Virus record (IMG/VR): IMGVR_UViG_3300037512_001384 | Span: 6,442 to 70,441 of that record | Length of the DNA: 64,000 nt | Reading direction: 5' to 3' (one strand) | DNA from: a virus | In this document: positions 36,104 to 44,515 of the stretch, one piece after another | Position numbering within the stretch: the first letter of the stretch is position 1 | Layout of the letters: each line of letters opens with the position of its first letter | Notes under the pieces: generated by a model | Told to the model about the DNA's origin: nothing | Database searches by the model: none | Seen by the model: only the letters and a program-made list of their open reading frames with translations | Translations under genes and position numbers: made by a program

Positions 36104-36349
36104 TCAGAGCGCCCAGAAGATTTCCTCTTCGTCATCAAAATCCTCCGGGGCCCAATCGGAATCGTATCCCTTTTCGTCTGCAAAATCCGATATAAGTTCG
36201 ATAATAGCATCAATGATTTTACTTCCGTCATGGGTCATACGTAGAGGGCAGCGTTTGTGATCAACATCCACTAAAGCACGCCCTTCTTCCTCTTCTGTCC
36301 ACGTCTTATTGTCGCGGATGTACTGCAACAATTCATCTTTCAGCTCCAT
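36104..36349 (-). CDS. hypothetical acidic protein
   Basis: 12 nt downstream of the preceding gene, no cassette (co-transcribed). Confidence 0.5.
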   Translation of the reverse strand: MELKDELLQYIRDNKTWTEEEEGRALVDVDHKRCPLRMTHDGSKIIDAIIELISDFADEKGYDSDWAPEDFDDEEEIFWAL

Positions 36350-36361
36350 ATCCGTAAAAGT

Positions 36362-36538
36362 TTAGATGATTCCATTCTCGCGAAATTCGCGTGTCAGTCC
36401 GAATCGTCTGGCCAGCTTTGCGAAGAAGTTGCCGAAATAAGCCAACTCCGAATAGGAGTAGTTGTGGTTTGCAAAATCATACTGCCAGTCGATAGCTTTC
36501 TCTCTGGCGGCAGCTTTTCTTTTCTGATAATCTGTCAT
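36362..36538 (-). CDS. hypothetical protein (58 aa)
   Basis: ORF 36362-36718 trimmed to MTDYQKRK by the cassette. Confidence 0.45.
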   Translation of the reverse strand: MTDYQKRKAAAREKAIDWQYDFANHNYSYSELAYFGNFFAKLARRFGLTREFRENGII

Positions 36539-36597
36539 AGTCGTGTAGTTTTGGTTAATGGCGCACCATACCGATGTCATCCGATATGATGCATGAC

Positions 36598-36729
36598 TCA
36601 CCGCGTGGGCTGCTTGTGACGTTTCATATCTTCCGCGTGCCAGCATATCTGACATACACCGCCATAGCGGATATACTGCAAATCGGATATCTCCTTTCCG
36701 CAGTTCAGGCATTTGCAAGGTTTACTCAT
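36598..36729 (-). CDS. zinc-ribbon protein (43 aa, not in ORF track)
   Basis: MSKPCKCLNCGKEISDLQYIRYGGVCQICWHAEDMKRHKQPTR with two CxxC pairs. ATGA overlap with the upstream stop. Confidence 0.5.
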   Translation of the reverse strand: MSKPCKCLNCGKEISDLQYIRYGGVCQICWHAEDMKRHKQPTR

Positions 36730-37097
36730 GGCTGTGGCTTGCAGTAGATACACTTCACTTCATAATGCTGGCGTGTGAAGAGTTTGAGCAGTGCGTCCGA
36801 ACCCTTGTATGCCATATTCAGCTTAATCTCGTTGATTGTATCTTTCCCGAAGAAATCACTCCCCGAACGCAGGATATTGTTCACGTGATCCTTGTCGGCA
36901 AGGAAGGAATAGAGAGTGCATCGCCACGAACCATCCTCGTTCTGTACTCTATGTACAAAAGCGGCCAGCGCGTTACACTCGTAGATTCCGATAGTGAAAT
37001 CCACATACTTGTCACCCTGTTTCTGCGTGAGCTTGACCTCACCCATCTGATGATTGTACTTTACTTCTAACATAGTCGTAATATTTTGGTTAAACAA
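36726..37097 (-). CDS. hypothetical protein
   Basis: Cassette-defined start. Confidence 0.55.
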   Translation of the reverse strand: MFNQNITTMLEVKYNHQMGEVKLTQKQGDKYVDFTIGIYECNALAAFVHRVQNEDGSWRCTLYSFLADKDHVNNILRSGSDFFGKDTINEIKLNMAYKGSDALLKLFTRQHYEVKCIYCKPQP

Positions 37098-37139
37098 TTT
37101 GCGCCCAGAGCGGATGTCATTCCGCTCCAGACTGAAAGG

Positions 37140-37925
37140 TTAATCGCGCTTTACGGCAATAACATCTTCGCAACCCATATCACTCACGCGGAGTCTGATT
37201 CTGAGCAATTTGTATGCTCTGCTGGGAAGGAGGTCATACTCCTCTTCGTTTACGTCCTCCTGATAGGCTACAAGATTATATCTACCGTTTGCGTTGGCGT
37301 TGAAAGCCAGCATGTCGCAGTTATCGGCATCATAGGCGAAACCGATACCCTTCTCTTGTGCGTTCTTCCAAGCATCCTCTACCGCTTTCAGCGCCTCCTT
37401 CTGCTCGTCTGTCAGCATGACCTTACGGACAACTCCTTCATGGACTTTCTCGTTGCCCTCTTCATCGACATACTTGAATGAAGACATTCCGGCACAAATT
37501 TCCTTGTCGATGTAGTAGTCATCGGGGAGGGAATCAGCCTTGAAGTCCCATACATCAGAGGCATTGATATGTCCTTCTATCGTCTGGAAGTCAAACTCAT
37601 GCTCAACTGGCTGGCCGTTCTCTGATGTGAAGTAACGCCATTCGTTATTGAGATTGAGCTGATAAGGCGACAGGGTGTCGGGAGATGCAGGTATATTCTC
37701 GGTGTACGCTTTCATGTTGGGATAGAGCTGGGTATAGTGAATCTTCATGTTTTCACTATCCTTGTCTGTCCTGACGATGAGATGAATGTCATTGTGGATA
37801 GGGTTGCCGTTCTCGTCCTCTTTCTTTGTGAGAATCTGACCGACAACTTGCACCTTACGCAGAGCGCCACCTGTGAATACGAATCCTTCTTTCAGATACA
37901 CACAATAAATGTTTGAATGTGTCAT
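37140..37925 (-). CDS. hypothetical protein
   Basis: Cassette-defined start. Confidence 0.55.
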   Translation of the reverse strand: MTHSNIYCVYLKEGFVFTGGALRKVQVVGQILTKKEDENGNPIHNDIHLIVRTDKDSENMKIHYTQLYPNMKAYTENIPASPDTLSPYQLNLNNEWRYFTSENGQPVEHEFDFQTIEGHINASDVWDFKADSLPDDYYIDKEICAGMSSFKYVDEEGNEKVHEGVVRKVMLTDEQKEALKAVEDAWKNAQEKGIGFAYDADNCDMLAFNANANGRYNLVAYQEDVNEEEYDLLPSRAYKLLRIRLRVSDMGCEDVIAVKRD

Positions 37926-37989
37926 AGTTGTAATTTTTTAGAGTTAAACATAATGGTTGCTCCCGCCTGAGTTTTCATACCCAGGCAGG
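37926..37989 (-). promoter_or_regulatory. representative cassette (hairpin + leader box)
   Basis: Minus strand: CCTGCCTGGGtatgaaaaCTCAGGCGGG, then gagcaaccattATGTTTAACTCTAAAAAATTACAACTATG. Confidence 0.6.
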
Positions 37990-38012
37990 ATGATTTGAGT
38001 TTGAACGAATGT

Positions 38013-38246
38013 TCAATAATCCACCTTAATCCCGCATCTCCTGACAACATCCTCTTGCGAACGATGAACCCAGCAGGGATATTTATCACCCTCAGTCCAC
38101 ATTATCAATTCGCCATCGTGCATAGTTCGTTTGTAATCAATATAATGAGCCCTTATAGCTTCTATATGTAACCCATTTTTTTGCAATACCTCAAGAACCT
38201 CATGCACAGAGTTCCTTCGCGTCTCGATGTAATATAGATTATTCAT
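38013..38246 (-). CDS. hypothetical protein
   Basis: Cassette-defined start. Confidence 0.5.
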   Translation of the reverse strand: MNNLYYIETRRNSVHEVLEVLQKNGLHIEAIRAHYIDYKRTMHDGELIMWTEGDKYPCWVHRSQEDVVRRCGIKVDY

Positions 38247-38297
38247 AATTATAAGTTTTGGTTTGCGGATTCGGGGATGTCGTTCCCCGGAATCCTG

Positions 38298-38759
38298 TCA
38301 TGCCGCCATCTTCTCCCATTCCTCAATCTGCTCGTATGTCAGCCATTCGGGTTTGAGGTCTTCGGGTATCTTGTTCCAATACTCCTTGACGGCGGCAATA
38401 GTGTCGCGGATGCTACCGCCTATAAAATGCTCATTATGATAGCGGCAGTCCCATTTGTCGTTATCCTCGTTGCCTGACTTGCCGAAATATGCGGCTGCGT
38501 CATCGCTGAGGCGGCTCAGCATCATGTACTCGAACTGAAATCCTTTCATCCTCCGTTCTTTGTCCGTCAGAGGATTGGTGATTTCAAAGTTCTCGATACA
38601 AACATCCGGCTCTCCGTCTTGTTCCGTAGGAGGACACAGGCGGTAAAGTGCATTTGGATTGTCGTTGTTGCAGTCCACGTAATACCTGCCATATTCGTCC
38701 TTATACAGAGTTCCTTCCATTCGGTGCTCTCCGATTCTCGTCACTTTGATTTTTTCCAT
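38298..38759 (-). CDS. hypothetical protein
   Basis: Overlaps the upstream gene by 19 nt (co-transcribed). Confidence 0.55.
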   Translation of the reverse strand: MEKIKVTRIGEHRMEGTLYKDEYGRYYVDCNNDNPNALYRLCPPTEQDGEPDVCIENFEITNPLTDKERRMKGFQFEYMMLSRLSDDAAAYFGKSGNEDNDKWDCRYHNEHFIGGSIRDTIAAVKEYWNKIPEDLKPEWLTYEQIEEWEKMAA

Positions 38760-38944
38760 ATCAGATACAGTTTTCTTAATAATCCATAGACTTGCATTCT
38801 CATTAGATTTTCAAGGCGGTAACGCTCCATGTAGTTAAAGGCGTATGACTTAGCCGTCATGTAGCCGCATCGTCTGTAACGTCTGCCTATACATCTGAGG
38901 AATGCTTTGAACATCACGGGTGAACACGTTGTTTTTTCTTCCAT
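38741..38944 (-). CDS. hypothetical protein
   Basis: Cassette-defined start. Confidence 0.5.
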   Translation of the reverse strand: MEEKTTCSPVMFKAFLRCIGRRYRRCGYMTAKSYAFNYMERYRLENLMRMQVYGLLRKLYLIWKKSK

Positions 38945-39004
38945 AGTCTGTAATTTATAGTTAAACAGTTCCGCATGGAGATTTTGCTCTCCACGCAGAT
39001 AATG

Positions 39005-39997
39005 TCACGCATCGGCCCAGTAAGTCCAAGTGTGGATCTTGCTCACCCCGTAGCGGTTGAGGTAGGCGTCGAGACGTTTGCGGAACTTCTCCAGCCCGAA
39101 CTTCAGACCGTCAAGGATGAGGGCGCGTTCCTCCTTGCTCGCCTCATGGCCTTCGTTGTTGTACCACGACCTGCCGATAAGGAAATCGAGCTTGTTCTTG
39201 TAACCTGTCTCAGCGATACGCAGTGTCTCACCCTTCTCGATGCTCTCAATGGAGCGAGTGAAGGCGCTTTCGTTCTGCTGGATGAAATACTGACGGAGTT
39301 TACTCTCGTCTTTCATCAGCTCGCAATAGAACTTATAGTCCGGTCCTTCGTCATGGAAGCAGAAGCGGTTGTCTATTGACGGCTTGGTTATCAAGTAGAA
39401 ATGTCCGTCAATCTTCACCGCTCCGACACATCCCTTGCTGTAGTAGTCGCGGTCTGACTTGTCATCTTTGCACTCGGTGTCAAGAAACTCGCTGAGCCAC
39501 GTGATGAACTTCTCGTCCTTCTTGGCAGTCTTCTCGACCTTGGCGGTAATATGTGATGCTCCGCCTCCGATGAACGCCTCCACAGCCTCGCGCTTGTCGT
39601 TATTGAACAGCCAGCCCGCTCCGCAGGAGAGGAACTTGTTGAACTTCCAAGCCCCGAGTTTCTTCAGCTGCTCGCGGTAAGTGAACGTGTCACCCACAAC
39701 CGCGAAGCATTTCTCTGAATATTCTACGATTCTCAGGTCAGGCCCGTCGGTTTTCAGAGCCGCCTTGATGTCGTTGAAATCCTCCTCACCCAGCCAATCC
39801 GAACAGGAGAGGCCGTCAGGGAAATCCTCGGTGTCCTGAATCATAAACTCCGGATCGCTCTCGTTCTTGTGCAGTTCTTTGCACTTCGAGATAAACGCAT
39901 TGTAGTTCTCACAATCCGCGAGAGAAACCCATCCGCCCGCGATGCTGCCGTTGTTGTACTTACCCCAAGTACCGACATAAACTTTTGGATTACACAT
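39005..39997 (-). CDS. ArdA-like antirestriction N-terminal domain fused to a C-terminal domain of unknown function
   Basis: KVYVGTWGKYNNGSIAGGWVSL..PEFMIQDTEDFP parallels the ArdA N-terminus (VYIANLGKYNEGELVGAW..). Cassette-defined start. Confidence 0.6.
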   Translation of the reverse strand: MCNPKVYVGTWGKYNNGSIAGGWVSLADCENYNAFISKCKELHKNESDPEFMIQDTEDFPDGLSCSDWLGEEDFNDIKAALKTDGPDLRIVEYSEKCFAVVGDTFTYREQLKKLGAWKFNKFLSCGAGWLFNNDKREAVEAFIGGGASHITAKVEKTAKKDEKFITWLSEFLDTECKDDKSDRDYYSKGCVGAVKIDGHFYLITKPSIDNRFCFHDEGPDYKFYCELMKDESKLRQYFIQQNESAFTRSIESIEKGETLRIAETGYKNKLDFLIGRSWYNNEGHEASKEERALILDGLKFGLEKFRKRLDAYLNRYGVSKIHTWTYWADA

Positions 39998-40058
39998 AGT
40001 TGTAGAATTTAAGGTTAAACATAGTGGCGGTTACGGGAGATTCCGCTCTCCCATAACC
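39998..40058 (-). promoter_or_regulatory. representative cassette
   Basis: Minus strand: GGTTATGGGAGAgcggaaTCTCCCGTAACC, then gccactATGTTTAACCTTAAATTCTACAACTATG. Confidence 0.6.
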
Positions 40059-40319
40059 TTAACATTCGCCAAGCGGCTTAAGTCCGACATACTGATATTC
40101 TGCGTCGCCTGTTCCGTTTTTCTTGAAAGTCTGATAGAGTGCGCAATTGCGATTCCAATCGTGAGAATACGCCTCGCCCGGCTGGAAGATTCCTCTTTCC
40201 CAAGTTGCAGGCGGTAACGCACCGCACAGTTCCCAGAACACTTCGTTTGATATGAACTGACCGACTTTGACGTTCAGAGTCTTATCTTTCTCCCATTGCT
40301 CCATTGTGTAGATATCCAT
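40059..40319 (-). CDS. hypothetical protein
   Basis: Trimmed to MDIYTMEQ by the cassette. Confidence 0.5.
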   Translation of the reverse strand: MDIYTMEQWEKDKTLNVKVGQFISNEVFWELCGALPPATWERGIFQPGEAYSHDWNRNCALYQTFKKNGTGDAEYQYVGLKPLGEC

Positions 40320-40469
40320 AATCGTAGAATTAAGAGTTAAACAATAGCACCCCAGAGAATATTTCCTATTCCCTGAGATTTGACGTGTAAGGAAATTTCT
40401 CATACCCTCGTGAGAAAATCTACCGCTGAGAGGGAGAAAATCGTTTGTAGGGCAAAAATTGCGGGAAAT

Positions 40470-40910
40470 TCACGCTGATTCCTCCATATCCAACTCTCCG
40501 AGACAATAGAGGGCGAAGTTCTCAGCCGTATCCTTCGCCTCATCCCATCCGATAGCCTCACCGAATCCGTCCGCGTATTGGCTGACCTCCTTCGCCTCCA
40601 CTCCGAGAGTGTTCTTGTAGTCACTGACGTAGCACGAGCCGAGGCAAATCTGACCGCGCAGTTTCTTCAGTTCATTGTAGCACAGGTCATCCACGTGTCG
40701 CCACGGCTGCAAATCGGTCGGATCACAGAGGAATGTCTGTCCGTCCGAATCCACGACATAGACGTTCACTAATTTCGGGGTTTGGTCAATCTCCTTCTTG
40801 GTGGGCTGGTTCTCATTGCACAGGTCAAGAATCTCGTCAATAGTGACAACCTCCTTGAACCAAGTATGGAAAACCTTCTTCCCTGACTTTACGAATCTTG
40901 AGTATTTCAT
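40470..40910 (-). CDS. hypothetical protein
   Basis: ORF 40470-41084 trimmed to MKYSRFV by the cassette. Confidence 0.5.
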   Translation of the reverse strand: MKYSRFVKSGKKVFHTWFKEVVTIDEILDLCNENQPTKKEIDQTPKLVNVYVVDSDGQTFLCDPTDLQPWRHVDDLCYNELKKLRGQICLGSCYVSDYKNTLGVEAKEVSQYADGFGEAIGWDEAKDTAENFALYCLGELDMEESA

Positions 40911-40971
40911 AATCATAGAATTTGAGTTAAACTTGGTTTCCGGAACCGCTCTCGCACGATTCCGGAATGAT

Positions 40972-41361
40972 TCATACATACTGCTCGATGCTCTCAGCGA
41001 TAGAGCCCAGCGTCTCATAGCACAGGTAATCTCCGTCACCGAAGGCGAACCAATCGGGATCCCACGTGGAATCGTTGGCGTCAAACACCTCGCCCGGCTC
41101 GTTGAGGTTTATCTTGTCGGTGTTAGGGAGAATCTGCAGGGTGTCGTTCTTGACGCGCACCGCGATGACCTCATAGGGGAACATAATGTCCAAGCTGCCG
41201 TCAGAGCAGAACCTGTACGTCCAGATGTTGTCCGTTGCTCCGTCTTCCTTCACGTGGGTGTCTATGTATCCTTTCTCGCCCTGATGCAGACGGATGAAAT
41301 TCTTCACAACTTCCTCCAGCGCCTTGGTGCCGTGGAACATCAAATCCTTAAGTATTTCCAT
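40972..41361 (-). CDS. hypothetical acidic protein
   Basis: Cassette-defined start. Confidence 0.55.
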   Translation of the reverse strand: MEILKDLMFHGTKALEEVVKNFIRLHQGEKGYIDTHVKEDGATDNIWTYRFCSDGSLDIMFPYEVIAVRVKNDTLQILPNTDKINLNEPGEVFDANDSTWDPDWFAFGDGDYLCYETLGSIAESIEQYV

Positions 41362-41464
41362 ATCGTTTCAATTTTAGGTTAAACATAGTAGGCGCAGCCG
41401 GATTCCATCCCGCTGCACCCGAAAAACACTTAAATACACAACTAAGATTGTTGTTATCCTTTCG

Positions 41465-41785
41465 TCACGCAGGGACGGCCGGTTCGTACTCCAGCTCGCA
41501 GCTGCCGATTCCCTCGTCATAGAGTTTCAGCTCGGGAGCGCAGCACGAGATGACATCCGTTCCCTCATAGAAGAAACACGTCTTCTTGGACATCCCCACG
41601 ATGATTTTCTCACGCGCCCACTCAAGGTTGCGCTTGTTGAGGAAATCACGTTTGTATCGCTGGCAGATATAGAGAGTAAGCGCATAATAGGCGGAATATT
41701 TGCCCTCATACGTGGCCAGCTCCTCTATCTCGCCATTCTCGTGAATGACATTGATGACATTCAGGTTCTTGTTGGTCCTTCTCAT
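41465..41785 (-). CDS. hypothetical protein
   Basis: Cassette-defined start. Confidence 0.55.
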   Translation of the reverse strand: MRRTNKNLNVINVIHENGEIEELATYEGKYSAYYALTLYICQRYKRDFLNKRNLEWAREKIIVGMSKKTCFFYEGTDVISCCAPELKLYDEGIGSCELEYEPAVPA

Positions 41786-41849
41786 AATCGTAGCATTAAA
41801 GAGTTATTCGCTCCGACAGGAGTTATCTCTCCTCCTGCCGGAAATAGTG

Positions 41850-42149
41850 TCAGTTGCCGATGACGAATCCGTAGCGTTTCCACATCTCCATACCGGTTTC
41901 CTTGTATTCGGCGTCCTTGTCCCAATTCTCGGGAATCCACACGTCAATGCCGAAGTCGCTGTCCTCTATGTATTCCCTCGGAATACCCAGGTCCTGACAT
42001 AGCATCTGCACGTCAGATAATGTCGGTACGTTACAGCCTCCGTAGATGCATACTTCTCCTTCTGTTTCCCAATCCTCGGTTGAATAGCCGAAATCGTGGT
42101 TCTGGGCTATATGCTCGATACCCCAGCATAATACTTCAATTTTCTTCAT
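41850..42149 (-). CDS. hypothetical acidic protein
   Basis: Cassette-defined start. Confidence 0.55.
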   Translation of the reverse strand: MKKIEVLCWGIEHIAQNHDFGYSTEDWETEGEVCIYGGCNVPTLSDVQMLCQDLGIPREYIEDSDFGIDVWIPENWDKDAEYKETGMEMWKRYGFVIGN

Positions 42150-42204
42150 AGTTGTATAGTTTAAGAGTTGGTTGGCGCGTCAGGGAATTTCCGTATTCCC
42201 TGAC
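42150..42204 (-). promoter_or_regulatory. representative cassette
   Basis: Minus strand: GTCAGGGAAtacggaaaTTCCCTGAC, then gcgccaaccAACTCTTAAACTATACAACTATG. Confidence 0.6.
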
Positions 42205-42211
42205 ACAAAAG

Positions 42212-42874
42212 TCACGCTGCGTCCGGCTCGCATATACCACGGAACAGCGTTCCGTCCTCGCAGTAGATCTCGTCCTCGTCAATCAGCAGCTCCTCGCGGA
42301 CGTACTCGTCACTTCCTCCGGATTCCATATCATCCCGCCTTTCCTTGAAGAAACTGTCCAGGCAGTCATCCACCAAATCATACAGGGATTTGTTGTAGTC
42401 GGGTTTCCTGAACCATTCATAGACAGGATGCAGGATGAAGTTGTCACCGCAGAATCCGGTGAGCGGACAGTCGTAGTCCACGAGCAGGATCTTGGAGTTC
42501 TTGCTCTTGCCGTACACCCACTTGCCGTCCTCTCCGAGATGTCCTTTCGCGGAGATATATTTCCCTTTGAATACGTACTTGTGGATGTCACGCATAAAAC
42601 GCGCCAGATATTTTCCTGTCACGTCCTCCGCGTCTCTCTCATAGACGTCATTCTTGAAACGGAACCGGTAATCGTAGGAACAGGAATCCACCTCCCAGTG
42701 TCTCACGTCAATACCGAACAGCTCGCAGAACTCTTTCAGCGAGTCGCGGTATTCCGATTCCCAGGCGTCTATGTGTAACCGCTGTATGTCGTCACGCTCG
42801 CGGTCAATGACTTTCTTCTGAGCCTCTTCGCTCAGCTCCTCAAACTTGTAGAGCTTACATTTCACTTCTCTCAT
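42212..42874 (-). CDS. hypothetical protein
   Basis: Cassette-defined start. Confidence 0.55.
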   Translation of the reverse strand: MREVKCKLYKFEELSEEAQKKVIDRERDDIQRLHIDAWESEYRDSLKEFCELFGIDVRHWEVDSCSYDYRFRFKNDVYERDAEDVTGKYLARFMRDIHKYVFKGKYISAKGHLGEDGKWVYGKSKNSKILLVDYDCPLTGFCGDNFILHPVYEWFRKPDYNKSLYDLVDDCLDSFFKERRDDMESGGSDEYVREELLIDEDEIYCEDGTLFRGICEPDAA

Positions 42875-42896
42875 TGTCGTAGTATTTAAGTATGGT

Positions 42897-43227
42897 TTAT
42901 CGTACTCCGGTAGTCCGTCAGGACAGCCGGAATCATTTTCACGCAGCGGAGTATGATTTATCGTACTTTCCGAACTGTCCGTACATCGTCAGGTTCTTTC
43001 CCGTACTCTTGGCGGTCAGCTCATAACTCCTGTTGCGGATTCTCCTGTAGATTCTCGTCTTCATAATCGTAGTATTTTAGAGTTGGTGATAATCGTACTG
43101 CGTAGGGTTTCCGTACTCTCCGTCAGTTTTCGTACTGCGGATAATTATCGTACTATCCGCAGTTATGGCCGCGAATCGCTTTGTCTGTCATCCGCGTGAC
43201 GTATCCTCAGCCGTTGGTTTACGTACT
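42897..43227 (+). repeat. array of eight CGTACT hexamers (plus one CGTACA), all on the same strand
   Basis: Copies at 42901, 42962, 43002, 43094, 43112, 43131, 43149 and 43222. Sub-families TTATCGTACT (3 copies), TCCGTACTCT (2) and CGTACTGCG (2). Confidence 0.85.
42939..43064 (-). CDS. hypothetical basic protein (41 aa, not in ORF track)
   Basis: MKTRIYRRIRNRSYELTAK..; cassette-defined start. Confidence 0.4.
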   Translation of the reverse strand: MKTRIYRRIRNRSYELTAKSTGKNLTMYGQFGKYDKSYSAA

Positions 43228-43239
43228 GATTCCGCGTTC

Positions 43240-43380
43240 TCAGGACAGACCTTCAAGCAATCCGCAAAGGAGTATGAACAGGACACAGCCGGACATCGTG
43301 ACGATGATCCCGCCTATCGTGTAGTCCTCATCGAGCCAGTGCACTTTCTTGCACAGCAAATCCAAAATCTTCTCTTTCAT
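43240..43380 (-). CDS. small membrane protein (46 aa)
   Basis: Trimmed to MKEKILDLL by the cassette. C-terminal hydrophobic helix. Confidence 0.4.
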   Translation of the reverse strand: MKEKILDLLCKKVHWLDEDYTIGGIIVTMSGCVLFILLCGLLEGLS

Positions 43381-43411
43381 AATCGTAGTATCTATAGAGT
43401 TGTAGTTTCCG

Positions 43412-43768
43412 TCACGCATTTCCCATACGTGACAGAATGACCACGCGGTCCTGTTCCGGCAGTGTCGGGAGGATCGCGAAGAACAGCTTCTTGGCGGATG
43501 TGAAATCCACTCCGTTCTCCGCCAGAAATTCCTTTGACCATCGGTACTGCGCCATATCTTTCTTAAGGGCGCAGAAGTCAAACATAAAATCAAAGACTTT
43601 CATCGATACCTTGCGGGCCTCCGGTGTCTGCATCCATTCGGCCGATTTCAGGTATTCGGGAAAGTCACGTCCGTAAACCTTGAGGTTGCGGACGTCACGA
43701 GGGAGCTGCATCATATAATCCCAGGCACGCTGGCGCTCATACTCCCGTCTTTCCTTGTCTGCGTTCAT
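43412..43768 (-). CDS. hypothetical protein
   Basis: ATGA overlap with the upstream micro-ORF. Confidence 0.5.
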   Translation of the reverse strand: MNADKERREYERQRAWDYMMQLPRDVRNLKVYGRDFPEYLKSAEWMQTPEARKVSMKVFDFMFDFCALKKDMAQYRWSKEFLAENGVDFTSAKKLFFAILPTLPEQDRVVILSRMGNA

Positions 43769-43863
43769 AGTTCAAGAGAATCTTCTGCGCACAGACATTC
43801 GATCATCTCCTCCGCTCCCAGTCTTTCAAGCAGCTTGGAGGATAACCTGATAAATTCTTTCAT
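43765..43863 (-). CDS. hypothetical protein (32 aa, not in ORF track)
   Basis: MKEFIRLSSKLLERLGAEEMIECLCAEDSLEL. Cassette-defined start and ATGA overlap downstream. Confidence 0.35.
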   Translation of the reverse strand: MKEFIRLSSKLLERLGAEEMIECLCAEDSLEL

Positions 43864-44463
43864 AGTTGCGCGTATTTAAGGTTAAACAATATTCGTAAGC
43901 GGACCGGCAATCTTTCAGCCGTTCCGCCCTGTCCTGTGTCTTTCATCTCTCAGGCGTTTTCCAATAGATTCTAAGTTTAACCATAACTCTGAATCCCACA
44001 GCTCCGGCCTACCGGAGATTCCAGCGGAATTATTCTCAGGCGGAAAAGGGAAATAAATTCCGGTCCGCGAGGAAAGCCCAGGGATTCGCGTAACGATACG
44101 CAAATCCGCATAATCCGCTGATTAGGGATGATGTTCAACGCTGCCGTATAATCCGCGCTCCGATTACTCACTGTTTCGGCTTTCATCTTTCACTACTTGC
44201 CTATATCACTTTCAAACGGAGTGCGCCCTGATCCTGCACGCAGCGCAAAAGCACCGGTACAGGACCGCACGGGAACAGCGCCCGCTATCCGCCAGCTCTT
44301 TGCAGAACAGCCGGAAATATTCGCGTCCAATATGTCAATGTACGTTTTATTAACTTGCACCCTTCACGGAATCCAACCGCGCCCAGATAAGCAGCTCACC
44401 TGGGTTGCAAAAAGGGTATGATCCAAGCGCCCACCTGATAGGCAAATCCTTTCAGATAGGCAC

Positions 44464-44500
44464 AAAAAAGATAGGCGGCGGAAAGTATCCGCCACCTATC
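44464..44500 (-). terminator. rho-independent terminator (minus strand)
   Basis: Minus strand: GATAGGTGGCGG..CCGCCGCCTATC followed by TTTTTT. Confidence 0.75.
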
Positions 44501-44515
44501 AAACAGGGTTAAAAT

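Noticed and set aside
43915-44421. Three overlapping 62-74-aa ORFs in the non-coding stretch
   Set aside because: No cassette, biased R/S/P composition and mutual overlap. The region is better explained as non-coding, possibly a structured RNA.
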